Shown here: positions 18,018-26,730 of the stretch, one piece after another | How positions within the stretch are numbered: the stretch's first letter is position 1 | Layout of the letters: the number at the start of each line of letters is the position of its first letter | IMG/VR virus record: IMGVR_UViG_3300030419_008158 | Span: 186,001-250,000 of that record | Length of the DNA stretch: 64,000 nt | Direction: 5' to 3' (one strand) | Program-made: the position numbers and the translations under genes | The notes under the pieces: generated by a model | Database searches by the model: none | Seen by the model: only the letters and a program-made list of their open reading frames with translations | What the model was told of the DNA's origin: nothing

Positions 18018-18137
18018 AGTCTATCCTCGTAAATTTTATGCTGCTGCGAGCACCTGTATAATTTTTTGTGATCAAAAAAAGAAGCAACCTGATCTTTAGA
18101 AGACGGCGATTCAAGGGCTATAAGATAACCCAAAGCC

Positions 18138-18144
18138 ATATTTA
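18138..18144 (+). promoter_or_regulatory. ATAYTTA motif (putative late promoter)
   Basis: ATATTTA upstream of isolated + strand gene. Confidence 0.55.
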
Positions 18145-18197
18145 GATGTGCCTCGCTCGTGCGAACGAGGCTTAACCCATTAAAAGGAGAAAGCACA

Positions 18198-18437
18198 ATG
18201 AGAGAGAAGTTAGAAGCCGCTTTAGGGTGGCTAAGACTGAGTGTTGACCTTGGACTTGCACTTCTATGTTTGGCGATTATCGTCGGGCTGATGTTTGGTC
18301 CTAGTGCACCATTCTTCCCAGTAGACGTCATTGGGAATGTGGTCGCTGTGACTAAAGGTCTTGGAAGTGAGGGTCTTGTGGGTCTCGTTGCTGTCTGGGT
18401 GCTAGCTAGCATCTTTAACAGGCAGTTAGGGGAGTGA
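18198..18437 (+). CDS. small two-TM membrane protein
   Basis: AAGGAG RBS; hydrophobic; GLGSEGLVGLV; own terminator. Confidence 0.75.
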   Translation: MREKLEAALGWLRLSVDLGLALLCLAIIVGLMFGPSAPFFPVDVIGNVVAVTKGLGSEGLVGLVAVWVLASIFNRQLGE

Positions 18438-18469
18438 GGCGCCTCTGATGCCTTTCGGGGTATCGCCCG

Positions 18470-18508
18470 GGGTGGGGATGATTTATCATCCCCACCCTTT
18501 TTATTTTT
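18470..18508 (+). terminator. intrinsic terminator
   Basis: GGGTGGGGATGAT/ATCATCCCCACCC stem followed by T tract. Confidence 0.8.
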
Positions 18509-18522
18509 CGTTATCTGCTTTG

Positions 18523-18711
18523 TCATTGCTCTTGCTTTGTGACCAGCTTCAAATATGTGTTGTATTCTGTTGTGATTTTTCCATCTGACCAATATACTGT
18601 TGCAGAGCTCTTATTTTTCTTGATAATCAAACCAGGGTTGGAATATCTTTCTTCAGCATGCTTAAATACCCATGCTCTGGAATGAAAATCGACTAGATCA
18701 CCCAGTTTCAT
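18523..18711 (-). CDS. GDLV-family small protein
   Basis: MKLGDLV. Confidence 0.72.
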   Translation of the reverse strand: MKLGDLVDFHSRAWVFKHAEERYSNPGLIIKKNKSSATVYWSDGKITTEYNTYLKLVTKQEQ

Positions 18712-18917
18712 TCACTCTCCACACATGTTACGATTTTATAATCTTCATAGAAGTAGACTTGTTGTCCCTCTTTAGGCATGCAAGGAGATAAGTCCAAAGA
18801 GACGTAAGAGTGCATAATCCTGCCATTTTTTTCGTATTCAATGAGTGCATTATTGTTTTCAATTTGATCAACAATGCCCAGCATCAAGAGTGCTGCTATG
18901 ACAATGTCAGTCCTCAT
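18708..18917 (-). CDS. hypothetical protein (OB-fold-like pattern)
   Basis: GIVDQIE..ALIE...KEGQ; overlaps neighbours in operon fashion. Confidence 0.55.
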   Translation of the reverse strand: MRTDIVIAALLMLGIVDQIENNNALIEYEKNGRIMHSYVSLDLSPCMPKEGQQVYFYEDYKIVTCVESE

Positions 18918-19185
18918 CAGGAACCTCTACTTTAGTTGTACATTCTTCAAGTGCGTGAAAGTCAACATCAAGCCAAATTTCTTGAGGCTCGTCGGTGTCT
19001 TTCATCTTGCAAAGCCAGAGAGTTCTCATTTCAATATCATTGTGTGGAAAGCACATTGCAAGCAAATGTGTTCCTGATGGGTCAAGTGTAGTTGCAAACT
19101 CAACCAGATGAACAGACCGATTTCTGCCCTCTGAATTTTTTGCAAGATAAAGAATACCCTGTGTATTTGTTAGCGTCATTTTCAT
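18907..19185 (-). CDS. hypothetical protein
   Basis: ORF in operon. Confidence 0.6.
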   Translation of the reverse strand: MKMTLTNTQGILYLAKNSEGRNRSVHLVEFATTLDPSGTHLLAMCFPHNDIEMRTLWLCKMKDTDEPQEIWLDVDFHALEECTTKVEVPDED

Positions 19186-19351
19186 GATGTTGTCTTATCT
19201 GTCCTTGTTTTTTCTATTTTCAAAAAAAGAGGGTGCAAGAATAATTGTTGCAGTCACAACCCCCATTATAAAGAAAATTAGACCATCGCTTATGACATGA
19301 GATGCTGCAACTCCGGAAGCTTTCGTCACTTCATGATAAAAAACCCACATA

Positions 19352-19636
19352 TTACCACATCCATCCCATAAGAGCACAGACTTCTTGAAAGAATGCATCG
19401 GGATAACTAGGGTAGTTATATTCTCGACAGCTGGGTCCATATTCACTATATCTATTTGGGCCTGTGTAGTCAACAGGTGTAAACCCTAGCTCGCCTCCGT
19501 TACCACCGTTCGCCATATCAATATACTGCAGTCTGACTTCGCGATACATGCTGCTTTGTGGCGTGATTTTTTCCATCTCCTTGTAAAACATTGCTGTTTC
19601 GAGTGCGCTCTTTGTTTTAGTCATTATTTTCTCCAA
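19352..19636 (-). CDS. hypothetical protein
   Basis: ORF in operon; GGAG RBS favours MTKTK start. Confidence 0.6.
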   Translation of the reverse strand: MEKIMTKTKSALETAMFYKEMEKITPQSSMYREVRLQYIDMANGGNGGELGFTPVDYTGPNRYSEYGPSCREYNYPSYPDAFFQEVCALMGWMW

Positions 19637-19651
19637 ATAAAGAAAGTGATT

Positions 19652-19849
19652 TTATCTAACAACATGCAGGTGATCAGACTTGCAGAGCCTAGTTTCGCCA
19701 TCTTGCCAGAGTACACGAGAAAAGTTGGCGTCTGGATAGCCGCTACGATTTGTCATCATGTTAGTTTCTAGCAACAAGCCCAGCTCTCCTTCACGATCGT
19801 AAGAAGACCATATACTACCCTGCAACAATACTAAATCACCTTTTTTCAC
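19652..19849 (-). CDS. GDLV-family small protein
   Basis: MKKGDLV. Confidence 0.72.
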   Translation of the reverse strand: MKKGDLVLLQGSIWSSYDREGELGLLLETNMMTNRSGYPDANFSRVLWQDGETRLCKSDHLHVVR

Positions 19850-20009
19850 TTATCACCTTTAGTCGACTCATAGAAACATTATCAAAATCTCGGTAGTGTA
19901 TCCTAGGAGGTGTCCATACAACATCAGCAGACTTGTTCTTGTTCCTGATTTCAAGAACCACTCCCAGGCACCCTCTTCTCTTGTGTTGAACCAAATCACC
20001 GACTTTCAT
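19836..20009 (-). CDS. GDLV-family small protein
   Basis: MKVGDLV...LKVISEKR. Confidence 0.72.
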   Translation of the reverse strand: MKVGDLVQHKRRGCLGVVLEIRNKNKSADVVWTPPRIHYRDFDNVSMSRLKVISEKR

Positions 20010-20206
20010 TTGACAACCTTGCAATCTTTATAGAAATGCCTGTGGACAGCTCCATCAAGACGGCTCCAGCTTACGTGGATCCACTGCCCAGCGTGGTCAC
20101 TTGGGCTGGTGTACCCATCATCGATCACGACTCCATACCCGTTATGGCCACCACCGGGCGTGTTTGGCCCAGGGCGATCCAATACAACCAAATCACCGAC
20201 TTTCAT
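20006..20206 (-). CDS. GDLV-family small protein
   Basis: Start trimmed to MKVGDLV. Confidence 0.72.
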   Translation of the reverse strand: MKVGDLVVLDRPGPNTPGGGHNGYGVVIDDGYTSPSDHAGQWIHVSWSRLDGAVHRHFYKDCKVVK

Positions 20207-20408
20207 TGATAGCCTCCAATGCACTATGCGCCAGAGGGTGCTCGTACCCGAATCGCGGAAACAAAACCAGCGGGGTACCAAAACTGCTGACTCCTACGAT
20301 AATGCCCAACTCATTTTTGATCGCATGTTTCATCGGGACACACACTCCGCCCTGAACCTTGCTGGTTGTAGGCTGAAATAAACACCTAACTAGGTCACCT
20401 ACTTTCAT
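20193..20408 (-). CDS. GDLV-family small protein
   Basis: MKVGDLV...LEAINESR. Confidence 0.75.
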   Translation of the reverse strand: MKVGDLVRCLFQPTTSKVQGGVCVPMKHAIKNELGIIVGVSSFGTPLVLFPRFGYEHPLAHSALEAINESR

Positions 20409-20621
20409 TTATGCACCTTGAATTTGAATCATATGTAGGATGTGCGGGTGTTTAGTAGCCTTCCAGCCCTTGAGCATACTGATTAACTTGATGACGCTTT
20501 CGGTGTCTTCTCGATTCTGAAAGGTGACAAGCCAACCGTCGGAACCCCCGATCTCATCCAGGCCGTCAAATGCCTTGACGATATGTTCAACTGCGGAAAG
20601 TGGTGCGTTAGGAATAGTCAT
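20409..20621 (-). CDS. hypothetical protein
   Basis: AAGGAG RBS, downstream of promoter. Confidence 0.6.
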   Translation of the reverse strand: MTIPNAPLSAVEHIVKAFDGLDEIGGSDGWLVTFQNREDTESVIKLISMLKGWKATKHPHILHMIQIQGA

Positions 20622-20666
20622 TTTTTATTCTCCTTGCAAGTAGAGTCTGCCTCCACCGTCATTTAC

Positions 20667-20695
20667 ATTATACAATACGGTGACAATTCTTACAC
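20667..20695 (-). promoter_or_regulatory. GTGTAA-N17-TATAAT promoter
   Basis: Exact motif. Confidence 0.78.
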
Positions 20696-20892
20696 GTGCT
20701 ATCGGGCAAAGATGAGACAATTTCCCACTGATCGACCAGACCCACTTTGATTTTTCCGTCTGGCATTAATACTTTTATTCCTCTTGCATGTATGCTATAC
20801 ACGAGACCCATTTGATTTGTATAATCCTCTGATCGATTTCGAACTTTCCACCAGGAATCATATTTCATCTTTACAAGATCACCGGGTTTCAT
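20668..20892 (-). CDS. GDLV-family small protein
   Basis: MKPGDLV. Confidence 0.7.
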   Translation of the reverse strand: MKPGDLVKMKYDSWWKVRNRSEDYTNQMGLVYSIHARGIKVLMPDGKIKVGLVDQWEIVSSLPDSTCKNCHRIV

Positions 20893-21563
20893 TGCACACT
20901 CACAGATTCCATATCTTCCAGAGTATTGACTATGTTGATCAACGAATCCATTCCGACGTCATTTGGCACTCTGACTATCATATCGAGATTTAGTGTTTCG
21001 TTAGCGCCTATTTTTGCAGAAAGTGATATTATAGAAATGTTTTGCTTTGTTAAGTTTTCCCTAAGATCATTGACAAGACCTTTTCTATCTCGAACTGTTA
21101 GACTTATTTCTCTTGTGCTATGGCCTGGAATAAAAAATTTCTGGAACTTATCAATGACAGTCAGCGCTGAGAGAACCAAAATTGTGGTGATCAAAGCCAA
21201 GTAATAGTACCCAGCTCCGCAAGCAATACCAATAATCGCGCAGGTCCATAGCGAACTAGCAGTTGTAAGACCCTTGACTGTCACACCAAATCTCAAAATG
21301 GCACCAGCTCCGAGAAATCCCACGCCTGATACTACTTGTGCCACTATTCTTGCGGGGTCGCTTGGAATATTTGGCGGCGAAAATTCTTTTGAAAATGCTA
21401 TACTTAAAATTGCTGCTAGGGCTGCCCCGAGACCTAAAATCATGTGTGTTCTTGTGCCTGCTGGTTGGCCATGGAATTCACGCTCGAGACCAATCAGAGC
21501 ACATAACCCGGCTGCGGCGCCTAAGTTTATCATGGATTCGATGTCGAAATTAAAAAGTTCCAT
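20889..21563 (-). CDS. mgtC: MgtC/SapB family membrane protein with C-terminal ACT-like domain
   Basis: IGLERE..PAGTRTH, DPARIVAQVVSGVGFLGAG, GLTTASSLW. Confidence 0.9.
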   Translation of the reverse strand: MELFNFDIESMINLGAAAGLCALIGLEREFHGQPAGTRTHMILGLGAALAAILSIAFSKEFSPPNIPSDPARIVAQVVSGVGFLGAGAILRFGVTVKGLTTASSLWTCAIIGIACGAGYYYLALITTILVLSALTVIDKFQKFFIPGHSTREISLTVRDRKGLVNDLRENLTKQNISIISLSAKIGANETLNLDMIVRVPNDVGMDSLINIVNTLEDMESVSVQ

Positions 21564-21604
21564 CTAGATATTATATCAACAAGAACAAAGTTATACAAGG
21601 CAGA

Positions 21605-21784
21605 CTATAGGACTCTTATCCATTTTTCGTGCATTTTTGACACACCCATATCCTCGTTGTAGAGTTGCCAAAGGGAACCTAAATATTGCTGCGCTTCATC
21701 AGTGTCAGCTTCACGAAGAAAATCAACTATGAGATAGACATCTTTTCCGTATGGGAGAACTGTGACTAAATCACCAATCTTCAT
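21605..21784 (-). CDS. GDLV-family small protein
   Basis: MKIGDLV. Confidence 0.7.
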   Translation of the reverse strand: MKIGDLVTVLPYGKDVYLIVDFLREADTDEAQQYLGSLWQLYNEDMGVSKMHEKWIRVL

Positions 21785-21789
21785 GAAAA

Positions 21790-21993
21790 TTAATTGTCGA
21801 TACTTCCTTCTCGAATACATCCGAGAGGAAGCTCATTCCAGCAGTATACCAAATCTTTTTCAAGAATAGTAACGCTCTCCTTTAAAGTATCAATTTTAGC
21901 TTTCCCGGGCGCTGAGTGTCTCCCTAGGGAAAACCCTACCATGAAAAATAAAATTGCGATTAAAAATAGGAGATTTCTTACTTTTGTGAACAT
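21790..21993 (-). CDS. small membrane-anchored coiled-coil protein
   Basis: N-terminal TM segment. Confidence 0.55.
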   Translation of the reverse strand: MFTKVRNLLFLIAILFFMVGFSLGRHSAPGKAKIDTLKESVTILEKDLVYCWNELPLGCIREGSIDN

Positions 21994-22208
21994 GTTTTGG
22001 CAACGCTATTTAGACGAGAATTTTCTGCCTCTAGTGAAGCTGCGTATTCAAAGAGGCCTTTGCAGCTGGTAGAAACTTCTTCAATGCAAGAATCTAGGGC
22101 TTCTCTGATTTCATTATTTCTAGGGAGTGATAGTAAAATCACAGTCAGCATTATACAGACAAATGATAGAATGACTACCAACATAGAAAGTTTCTTGTTT
22201 GTGTTCAT
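21978..22208 (-). CDS. small membrane-anchored coiled-coil protein
   Basis: N-terminal TM segment. Confidence 0.55.
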   Translation of the reverse strand: MNTNKKLSMLVVILSFVCIMLTVILLSLPRNNEIREALDSCIEEVSTSCKGLFEYAASLEAENSRLNSVAKTCSQK

Positions 22209-22459
22209 GATACAGATTTTCCTTCACGTATGATATCAAATTCACGCCTGCAGTTGTGAATATTGATACCTGCGTATCCGTGTTTTTTATTATACTCCGG
22301 AGGTGTATCATCGTTTACCCATTCAATAAACACATTTCTTTGGTGTCCGTAATTGCATCTTACGATCTTTGTAACCAATCCAAAATAACGTTCGTCCTTG
22401 TTCTTTTGAATGATAAGGTCTCCAATCGCAGGCATTCTATGATGTAGCGACCTAGACAT
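22205..22459 (-). CDS. GDLV-family small protein
   Basis: IGDLI...FGLV...IEW. Confidence 0.68.
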   Translation of the reverse strand: MSRSLHHRMPAIGDLIIQKNKDERYFGLVTKIVRCNYGHQRNVFIEWVNDDTPPEYNKKHGYAGINIHNCRREFDIIREGKSVS

Positions 22460-22643
22460 CTAGCTTCTCCAGCTGCCAGGGATACCATTCTAAAATCTTA
22501 CCACTATCGTGCATCACTTCGACGACACCAACCTCTGAAGAGTTGGGCCCAAACACACATGTGTTTACGATAATACCCCTTTTCGACTCGGGTCCGGTCC
22601 CAAAGCCTGGTGTCTTTGTTTTTACCAAATCACCGATTTTCAA
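22452..22643 (-). CDS. GDLV-family small protein
   Basis: MKIGDLV. Confidence 0.72.
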   Translation of the reverse strand: MKIGDLVKTKTPGFGTGPESKRGIIVNTCVFGPNSSEVGVVEVMHDSGKILEWYPWQLEKLDV

Positions 22644-22854
22644 CTGTATACCATCCCGGCGCGTCAGAAGAAGTCTTGCTCAAATGAACAATTTTACTTC
22701 CCATGGGCCCTAAAAAATTCTGGTGAGATTCATCATACCCAGACGACTTTTTTGATCGTAAGATCACATCGGCAGGCAAAGAAATCTTACCGTCTTCGTA
22801 GTAAGAAATACCAAAATCGTAGCATTGTTCTCTATCTAGATAAATTTGTTTCAC
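22630..22854 (-). CDS. hypothetical protein ending in the array junction (VENR*)
   Basis: 14-nt overlap with downstream GDLV gene. Confidence 0.55.
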   Translation of the reverse strand: MKQIYLDREQCYDFGISYYEDGKISLPADVILRSKKSSGYDESHQNFLGPMGSKIVHLSKTSSDAPGWYTVENR

Positions 22855-23066
22855 TTGACGACCTCAATATCATTGTCATTCATTATTTTTGAAATATTTT
22901 TGGCGGGCCACCAGATCTCAACTCCTGCTGTAACTTTAGAGAAATCATCTTCCAAGAAACCTACAATCACTCCTACACCCCATGGTTTAGAAACGAACTC
23001 TTCAAAATGATCAGGAGGAGATGTTCTACAATCCCTCTTTAGCTTTACTAAGTCTCCAACTTCCAC
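22851..23066 (-). CDS. GDLV-family small protein
   Basis: MEVGDLV...DIEVV. Confidence 0.72.
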   Translation of the reverse strand: MEVGDLVKLKRDCRTSPPDHFEEFVSKPWGVGVIVGFLEDDFSKVTAGVEIWWPAKNISKIMNDNDIEVVK

Positions 23067-23380
23067 TAGTGATAATCAGCTTCATCGAAGCTAGGTGAAA
23101 GAACCATAAGGTGGACGATAGGAGCGTCTACATCCTCAGTAGACTCCGACTCCCAATAAGACCAGCCGATAAACTGGCGAGTACCAGCCTCAGAGTCTGC
23201 GTAAAAGGAGGGTCCGCTATGTTCATATACAACTGAACGTCCGGATAAATCACGTACCAGCAACTCGTCAGGAGGAACAGCACGATGCCGACCTGGCAAT
23301 GAAGCTAGCGGGACGAGAACCGTACCTCCCCCTGTAGGGGAGTCAGCTGATCGAAATGTAAAGTCTGAAAAATTAAGCAC
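23066..23380 (-). CDS. hypothetical protein
   Basis: AAGGAG RBS. Confidence 0.6.
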   Translation of the reverse strand: MLNFSDFTFRSADSPTGGGTVLVPLASLPGRHRAVPPDELLVRDLSGRSVVYEHSGPSFYADSEAGTRQFIGWSYWESESTEDVDAPIVHLMVLSPSFDEADYH

Positions 23381-23395
23381 TAGGAATCTCCTTGT

Positions 23396-23533
23396 TTAGA
23401 AACTGCACTCTACACATTCTCCGGTACACACATCATGCTCGGTGCGCTGATCGCATGCTGGGCAGTGCTGCGCAGTATACTCATCGTTACCGCCGCGGTC
23501 ATCGTTCTCATCATCATCATACCAGTGCTTCAC
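23396..23533 (-). CDS. 45-aa acidic zinc-ribbon-like protein
   Basis: Hand-translated MKHWYDDDEND...CPAC..TEH..C..ECVEC; AGGAG RBS. Confidence 0.6.
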   Translation of the reverse strand: MKHWYDDDENDDRGGNDEYTAQHCPACDQRTEHDVCTGECVECSF

Positions 23534-23542
23534 TTCTTTCTC

Positions 23543-23809
23543 CTATATCAGCTCGACGTTATCGCAAATGCCACCAAAGAGCTTCGGGGTACCATTCACT
23601 GGCGGATAAACCTTAGCGGGCCAAGCATCCTTCTCCACACCACCGAAAATACATCGTTCGACTTGGATAACGTAACGTTCACACCCTTGGTAATGTTCAA
23701 ACCCGACGACTTCCCCCTCGACATAACAGGCTCGTTTACCCGAAAGGGACCGGCCGTCGGGGCCATCAGAAAAATCAAACGAGCGAACTCGATCACCAAC
23801 TTTAATCAT
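23543..23809 (-). CDS. GDLV-family protein
   Basis: MIKVGDRV. Confidence 0.7.
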   Translation of the reverse strand: MIKVGDRVRSFDFSDGPDGRSLSGKRACYVEGEVVGFEHYQGCERYVIQVERCIFGGVEKDAWPAKVYPPVNGTPKLFGGICDNVELI

Positions 23810-24153
23810 TACGCATTCCTCACATCATCAAACATTGGCATGTACGTCTCTTTGAACCAGGCATCGTAACCGGCCTTGGTGGTGGGATACCCATCCCTCT
23901 TGAGCCACTTCTTGATGTGGGGGAGGAGGTATCCAGTCGACTTAGCAATATCGAGAGGAGCCTTGCCGGCATCCCTCTCAGCGAAGTAATCCTCGACAGT
24001 CCAGTTCTTCCGGAGGTGAGTCATGAAGCTACCAACCCCAGCAACCTTGAATCGAGCAACGAACTTGGCATCGGCAGCGTAGGGGTTACCGGTAGCACTG
24101 TAGTAGACGTACGGTCCGTCTTTGACGAGGTTTTCTTTAGTGAAAGCAGTCAT
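23809..24153 (-). CDS. hypothetical protein
   Basis: AAGGAG RBS, first gene after promoter. Confidence 0.7.
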   Translation of the reverse strand: MTAFTKENLVKDGPYVYYSATGNPYAADAKFVARFKVAGVGSFMTHLRKNWTVEDYFAERDAGKAPLDIAKSTGYLLPHIKKWLKRDGYPTTKAGYDAWFKETYMPMFDDVRNA

Positions 24154-24199
24154 GATTTTCTCCTTTGTCTTCTAGGGACCATCCCCTCTAGACATTTAT

Positions 24200-24228
24200 A
24201 TTATACCATGACTCAGGCCAGCTTACAC
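24200..24228 (-). promoter_or_regulatory. GTGTAA-N17-TATAAT promoter
   Basis: Exact motif. Confidence 0.8.
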
Positions 24229-24238
24229 AAAACGATAT

Positions 24239-24270
24239 AAAAAAAAGGCCTGGCGTGTGCCAGGCCTTTT
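24239..24270 (-). terminator. intrinsic terminator (bidirectional-type)
   Basis: AAAAGGCCTGGC/GCCAGGCCTTTT palindrome plus T8 on minus strand. Confidence 0.75.
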
Positions 24271-24288
24271 GTTAAAGGGCCGCGGCCT

Positions 24289-24672
24289 TTAAGCAGCCAT
24301 ATCGTAGATTGCACCGCGAATATTGGCATCTGGAACATACTTACGAAGCTTAGCTTGAACCTTGTTCCGTTCATAGTTTTGCTTTTTAGCAGCTTTGGTG
24401 TGGCCGTGACTATAAGGAACAGCCCGAAGAGCTTCTAGGATTTCACTGACCTCTGGATCTTGTAGGGTTTCCATTGCCAAGCTGTGAAAATGTTCCTTAG
24501 TACGCGCCCTGTTTTCTGCAACCTGCTTCGACCACTCCCTCGTAGCCTTTTTCTCTCTGTTGAGCGACCAAATAGCGATTGCCACCTTAGTAACGTTGTA
24601 CGCTACTTGTACAAGAACGATGGCGCAGAAGGCACCGAGTGTAATGAGAAGAGCATTCGTGAATAGTTCCAT
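24289..24672 (-). CDS. membrane-anchored hypothetical protein
   Basis: AAGGAG RBS before MELFTN; N-terminal TM. Confidence 0.65.
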   Translation of the reverse strand: MELFTNALLITLGAFCAIVLVQVAYNVTKVAIAIWSLNREKKATREWSKQVAENRARTKEHFHSLAMETLQDPEVSEILEALRAVPYSHGHTKAAKKQNYERNKVQAKLRKYVPDANIRGAIYDMAA

Positions 24673-24718
24673 GAGATTCTCCTTTTTAAAATCGTTGGCC
24701 AGTTGTGCCAACATCGTT

Positions 24719-24747
24719 ATTATAACACAGTCAGATCTAGCTTACAC
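24719..24747 (-). promoter_or_regulatory. GTGTAA-N17-TATAAT promoter
   Basis: Exact motif. Confidence 0.8.
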
Positions 24748-24957
24748 AAACGAAGCCTAAGAATTAACTGTCAGCGCATATTTGCTAAATGCACCGGGAA
24801 TCAAAGCGAGAACAATACATTTCTTGTTTGCAGCTTTTGCTTGAGAAATTGCATCTTTGGAATTGTAAGATAAGTTCAATTCTTTTGTAGCGATCTTGCC
24901 GTCAACACTGTAGATACATGTATATACTCTTGTCATTTTTTCCTGCCATTTGAAAAT

Positions 24958-25161
24958 TTAAGCACAATTGCGCTTTGCTAATAAGCGCAAGCAATGTGAA
25001 CTGTACCAGTTGCCTGGGCCGACTGGAATTATTTTACCTTTTTCGTTGTAAAGCCTGACTAGCTGTTCGTAATCTTTGTTTCTGACAACAGACGCTACTA
25101 TGCATATTCCTTCTCTGTCGTTGCTAGTCATGACTAAGTCACCCACTGAATACTCATCCAT
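24958..25161 (-). CDS. GDLV-family small protein
   Basis: YSVGDLV. Confidence 0.65.
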   Translation of the reverse strand: MDEYSVGDLVMTSNDREGICIVASVVRNKDYEQLVRLYNEKGKIIPVGPGNWYSSHCLRLLAKRNCA

Positions 25162-25182
25162 AAAAGAATTGTATAGGTTTTC

Positions 25183-25644
25183 TTAGAGATGTTCAGATTT
25201 TACTCTCGTTCCGAAAAGATAATCAAAGATGGAGTTTGTGACACCCCAGTTTGAATTTTGATCCTTTCCCATGTGATGATCGTAGTGCCATGGAATCCAC
25301 TTTTTTCCCCACTCCACATCAATATGACTTTTTCTATGAACAAAGTAATAAACATGTGCGTGAAAGACAAGGCCGAACCAAAGCCAAATAGAGAACAAAG
25401 CGAGAGGAGAAGATAGTGCGACGGCTGACAATAACAGAACTATCTCGGTCAAGCCAGAGTTCATCGAGTCCGGAGGAAACTTTTCATAGTCAGCATCATA
25501 AAAATCGTTCTGTCTACAGTTTTTATGATGTGTTGAGAAGTGAGAATGAGAAAAGAGACGATATGAAAAATTATGAAGCAAGTACTTGTGAGCCACCCAT
25601 TCGAGCAGCCCGCCAGCAAAGATGCCAAGAAGAAAATAAAGCAA
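25183..25644 (-). CDS. sterol desaturase / fatty acid hydroxylase family protein
   Basis: His boxes HKYLLH, HFSTHH, HRKSH, WHYDHH; NWGVT..FDYLFGT. Confidence 0.82.
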   Translation of the reverse strand: MLYFLLGIFAGGLLEWVAHKYLLHNFSYRLFSHSHFSTHHKNCRQNDFYDADYEKFPPDSMNSGLTEIVLLLSAVALSSPLALFSIWLWFGLVFHAHVYYFVHRKSHIDVEWGKKWIPWHYDHHMGKDQNSNWGVTNSIFDYLFGTRVKSEHL

Positions 25645-25888
25645 CTGGAGGCCCTCCCATTAAATAAGGTATGGAAAACCTTCAAGACATGATCATACTT
25701 TTTGAAAATTTTTCAATTTTGTCACATTGCAAGACTCATTTAAAGACGGTTTCTATATAGTCGCCTGTGTGTCTTAGAAAGAACTTGTGAGGCTTAGGGC
25801 TTACATTTGAGTCAATAAAGTAATACGGTGTGTTTTTTGACAAAAGTTCAAAAAATTGTGTTCATTGATAAAATGTATCATGATAAAC

Positions 25889-26245
25889 TCATCCGCTCAG
25901 ATTTTTTGTAAGCCAATCTGACGCCGACACTGCTAATCCTGGAGTCCCTATTTCGGGAACCTTTCTATCATCAAACAGACCGGCATGTCTGGATTTTTCT
26001 AAGATGTCTGCAATCTCTTGAGCTTTATTCGCAACAGTTTTTAGAATGAGTTCCGCTTCTGGATTAATGCCGGTACAGGACATTACAGCTGCCCAATTAG
26101 CAACATCGTATGCTTCTTCTTTGATTTCCTCCACCAGTGCATCAGAACCTTTATAAAAAGATCGATCGCCATACTCTCGAGCACCTGCTTCAAGCCTTTT
26201 GTAACATTTGTCTAAAAAATTTTCCATTTTTTGTATCCCTTTCAC
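25889..26245 (-). CDS. hypothetical protein, possible all-alpha NTP pyrophosphohydrolase-like
   Basis: RLEAGAREYG...EIKEEAYD acidic helix; weak. Confidence 0.45.
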   Translation of the reverse strand: MKGIQKMENFLDKCYKRLEAGAREYGDRSFYKGSDALVEEIKEEAYDVANWAAVMSCTGINPEAELILKTVANKAQEIADILEKSRHAGLFDDRKVPEIGTPGLAVSASDWLTKNLSG

Positions 26246-26340
26246 TATCTGTAAGTCATTTAAATTGTAGTAAAGACCAGCAAACAGTGCAAACTTTGAG
26301 TTGGCAAAATATGAAATATTTTGCCAGATACCATTGAAGC

Positions 26341-26347
26341 ATACTTA
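26341..26347 (+). promoter_or_regulatory. ATAYTTA motif (putative late promoter)
   Basis: ATACTTA immediately before AGGAG RBS of + strand gene. Confidence 0.55.
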
Positions 26348-26366
26348 TAGACAGGAGACTGTAACA

Positions 26367-26729
26367 ATGCTATTTGATAGCCTCATATTTTTAATGATAG
26401 GTGCTTCAATTTTTGGGCTAGGTGTGGGTTTAGGAGCGATTATAGAATTCAGAAGGTCAAAAGAGTGTTTTAGTGAAATTCTTATAGAAAGAGACGAAAC
26501 ATACATTCAAAACACAGAAGCTTTTTTGGAGTCAGCTAACAGAATAGAGGGAAAAATAAGAATTCTTCATCAAAGAATATCATATACAACTGAAGAACTT
26601 CGGCAGCTAAATCATTTTGTTACTACAAATATACCCGAAGAAACTCAGATTATTCCGATCCCGACAAAAATCGAAGATGAAAATCACACTCCTCCCATGC
26701 CTTACAAAGTCGATTCATGGTGGAGATAG
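26367..26729 (+). CDS. membrane-anchored coiled-coil protein
   Basis: AGGAG RBS before MLFDSL; TM then heptads. Confidence 0.65.
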   Translation: MLFDSLIFLMIGASIFGLGVGLGAIIEFRRSKECFSEILIERDETYIQNTEAFLESANRIEGKIRILHQRISYTTEELRQLNHFVTTNIPEETQIIPIPTKIEDENHTPPMPYKVDSWWR

Positions 26730-26730
26730 G

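Noticed and set aside
12941-20408. CRISPR array or integron suggested by the recurring TCACCGACTTTCA sequence
   Set aside because: Repeats are degenerate, roughly 170-370 nt apart and coding in two frames; no attC-like palindromes, cas genes or integrase in the window
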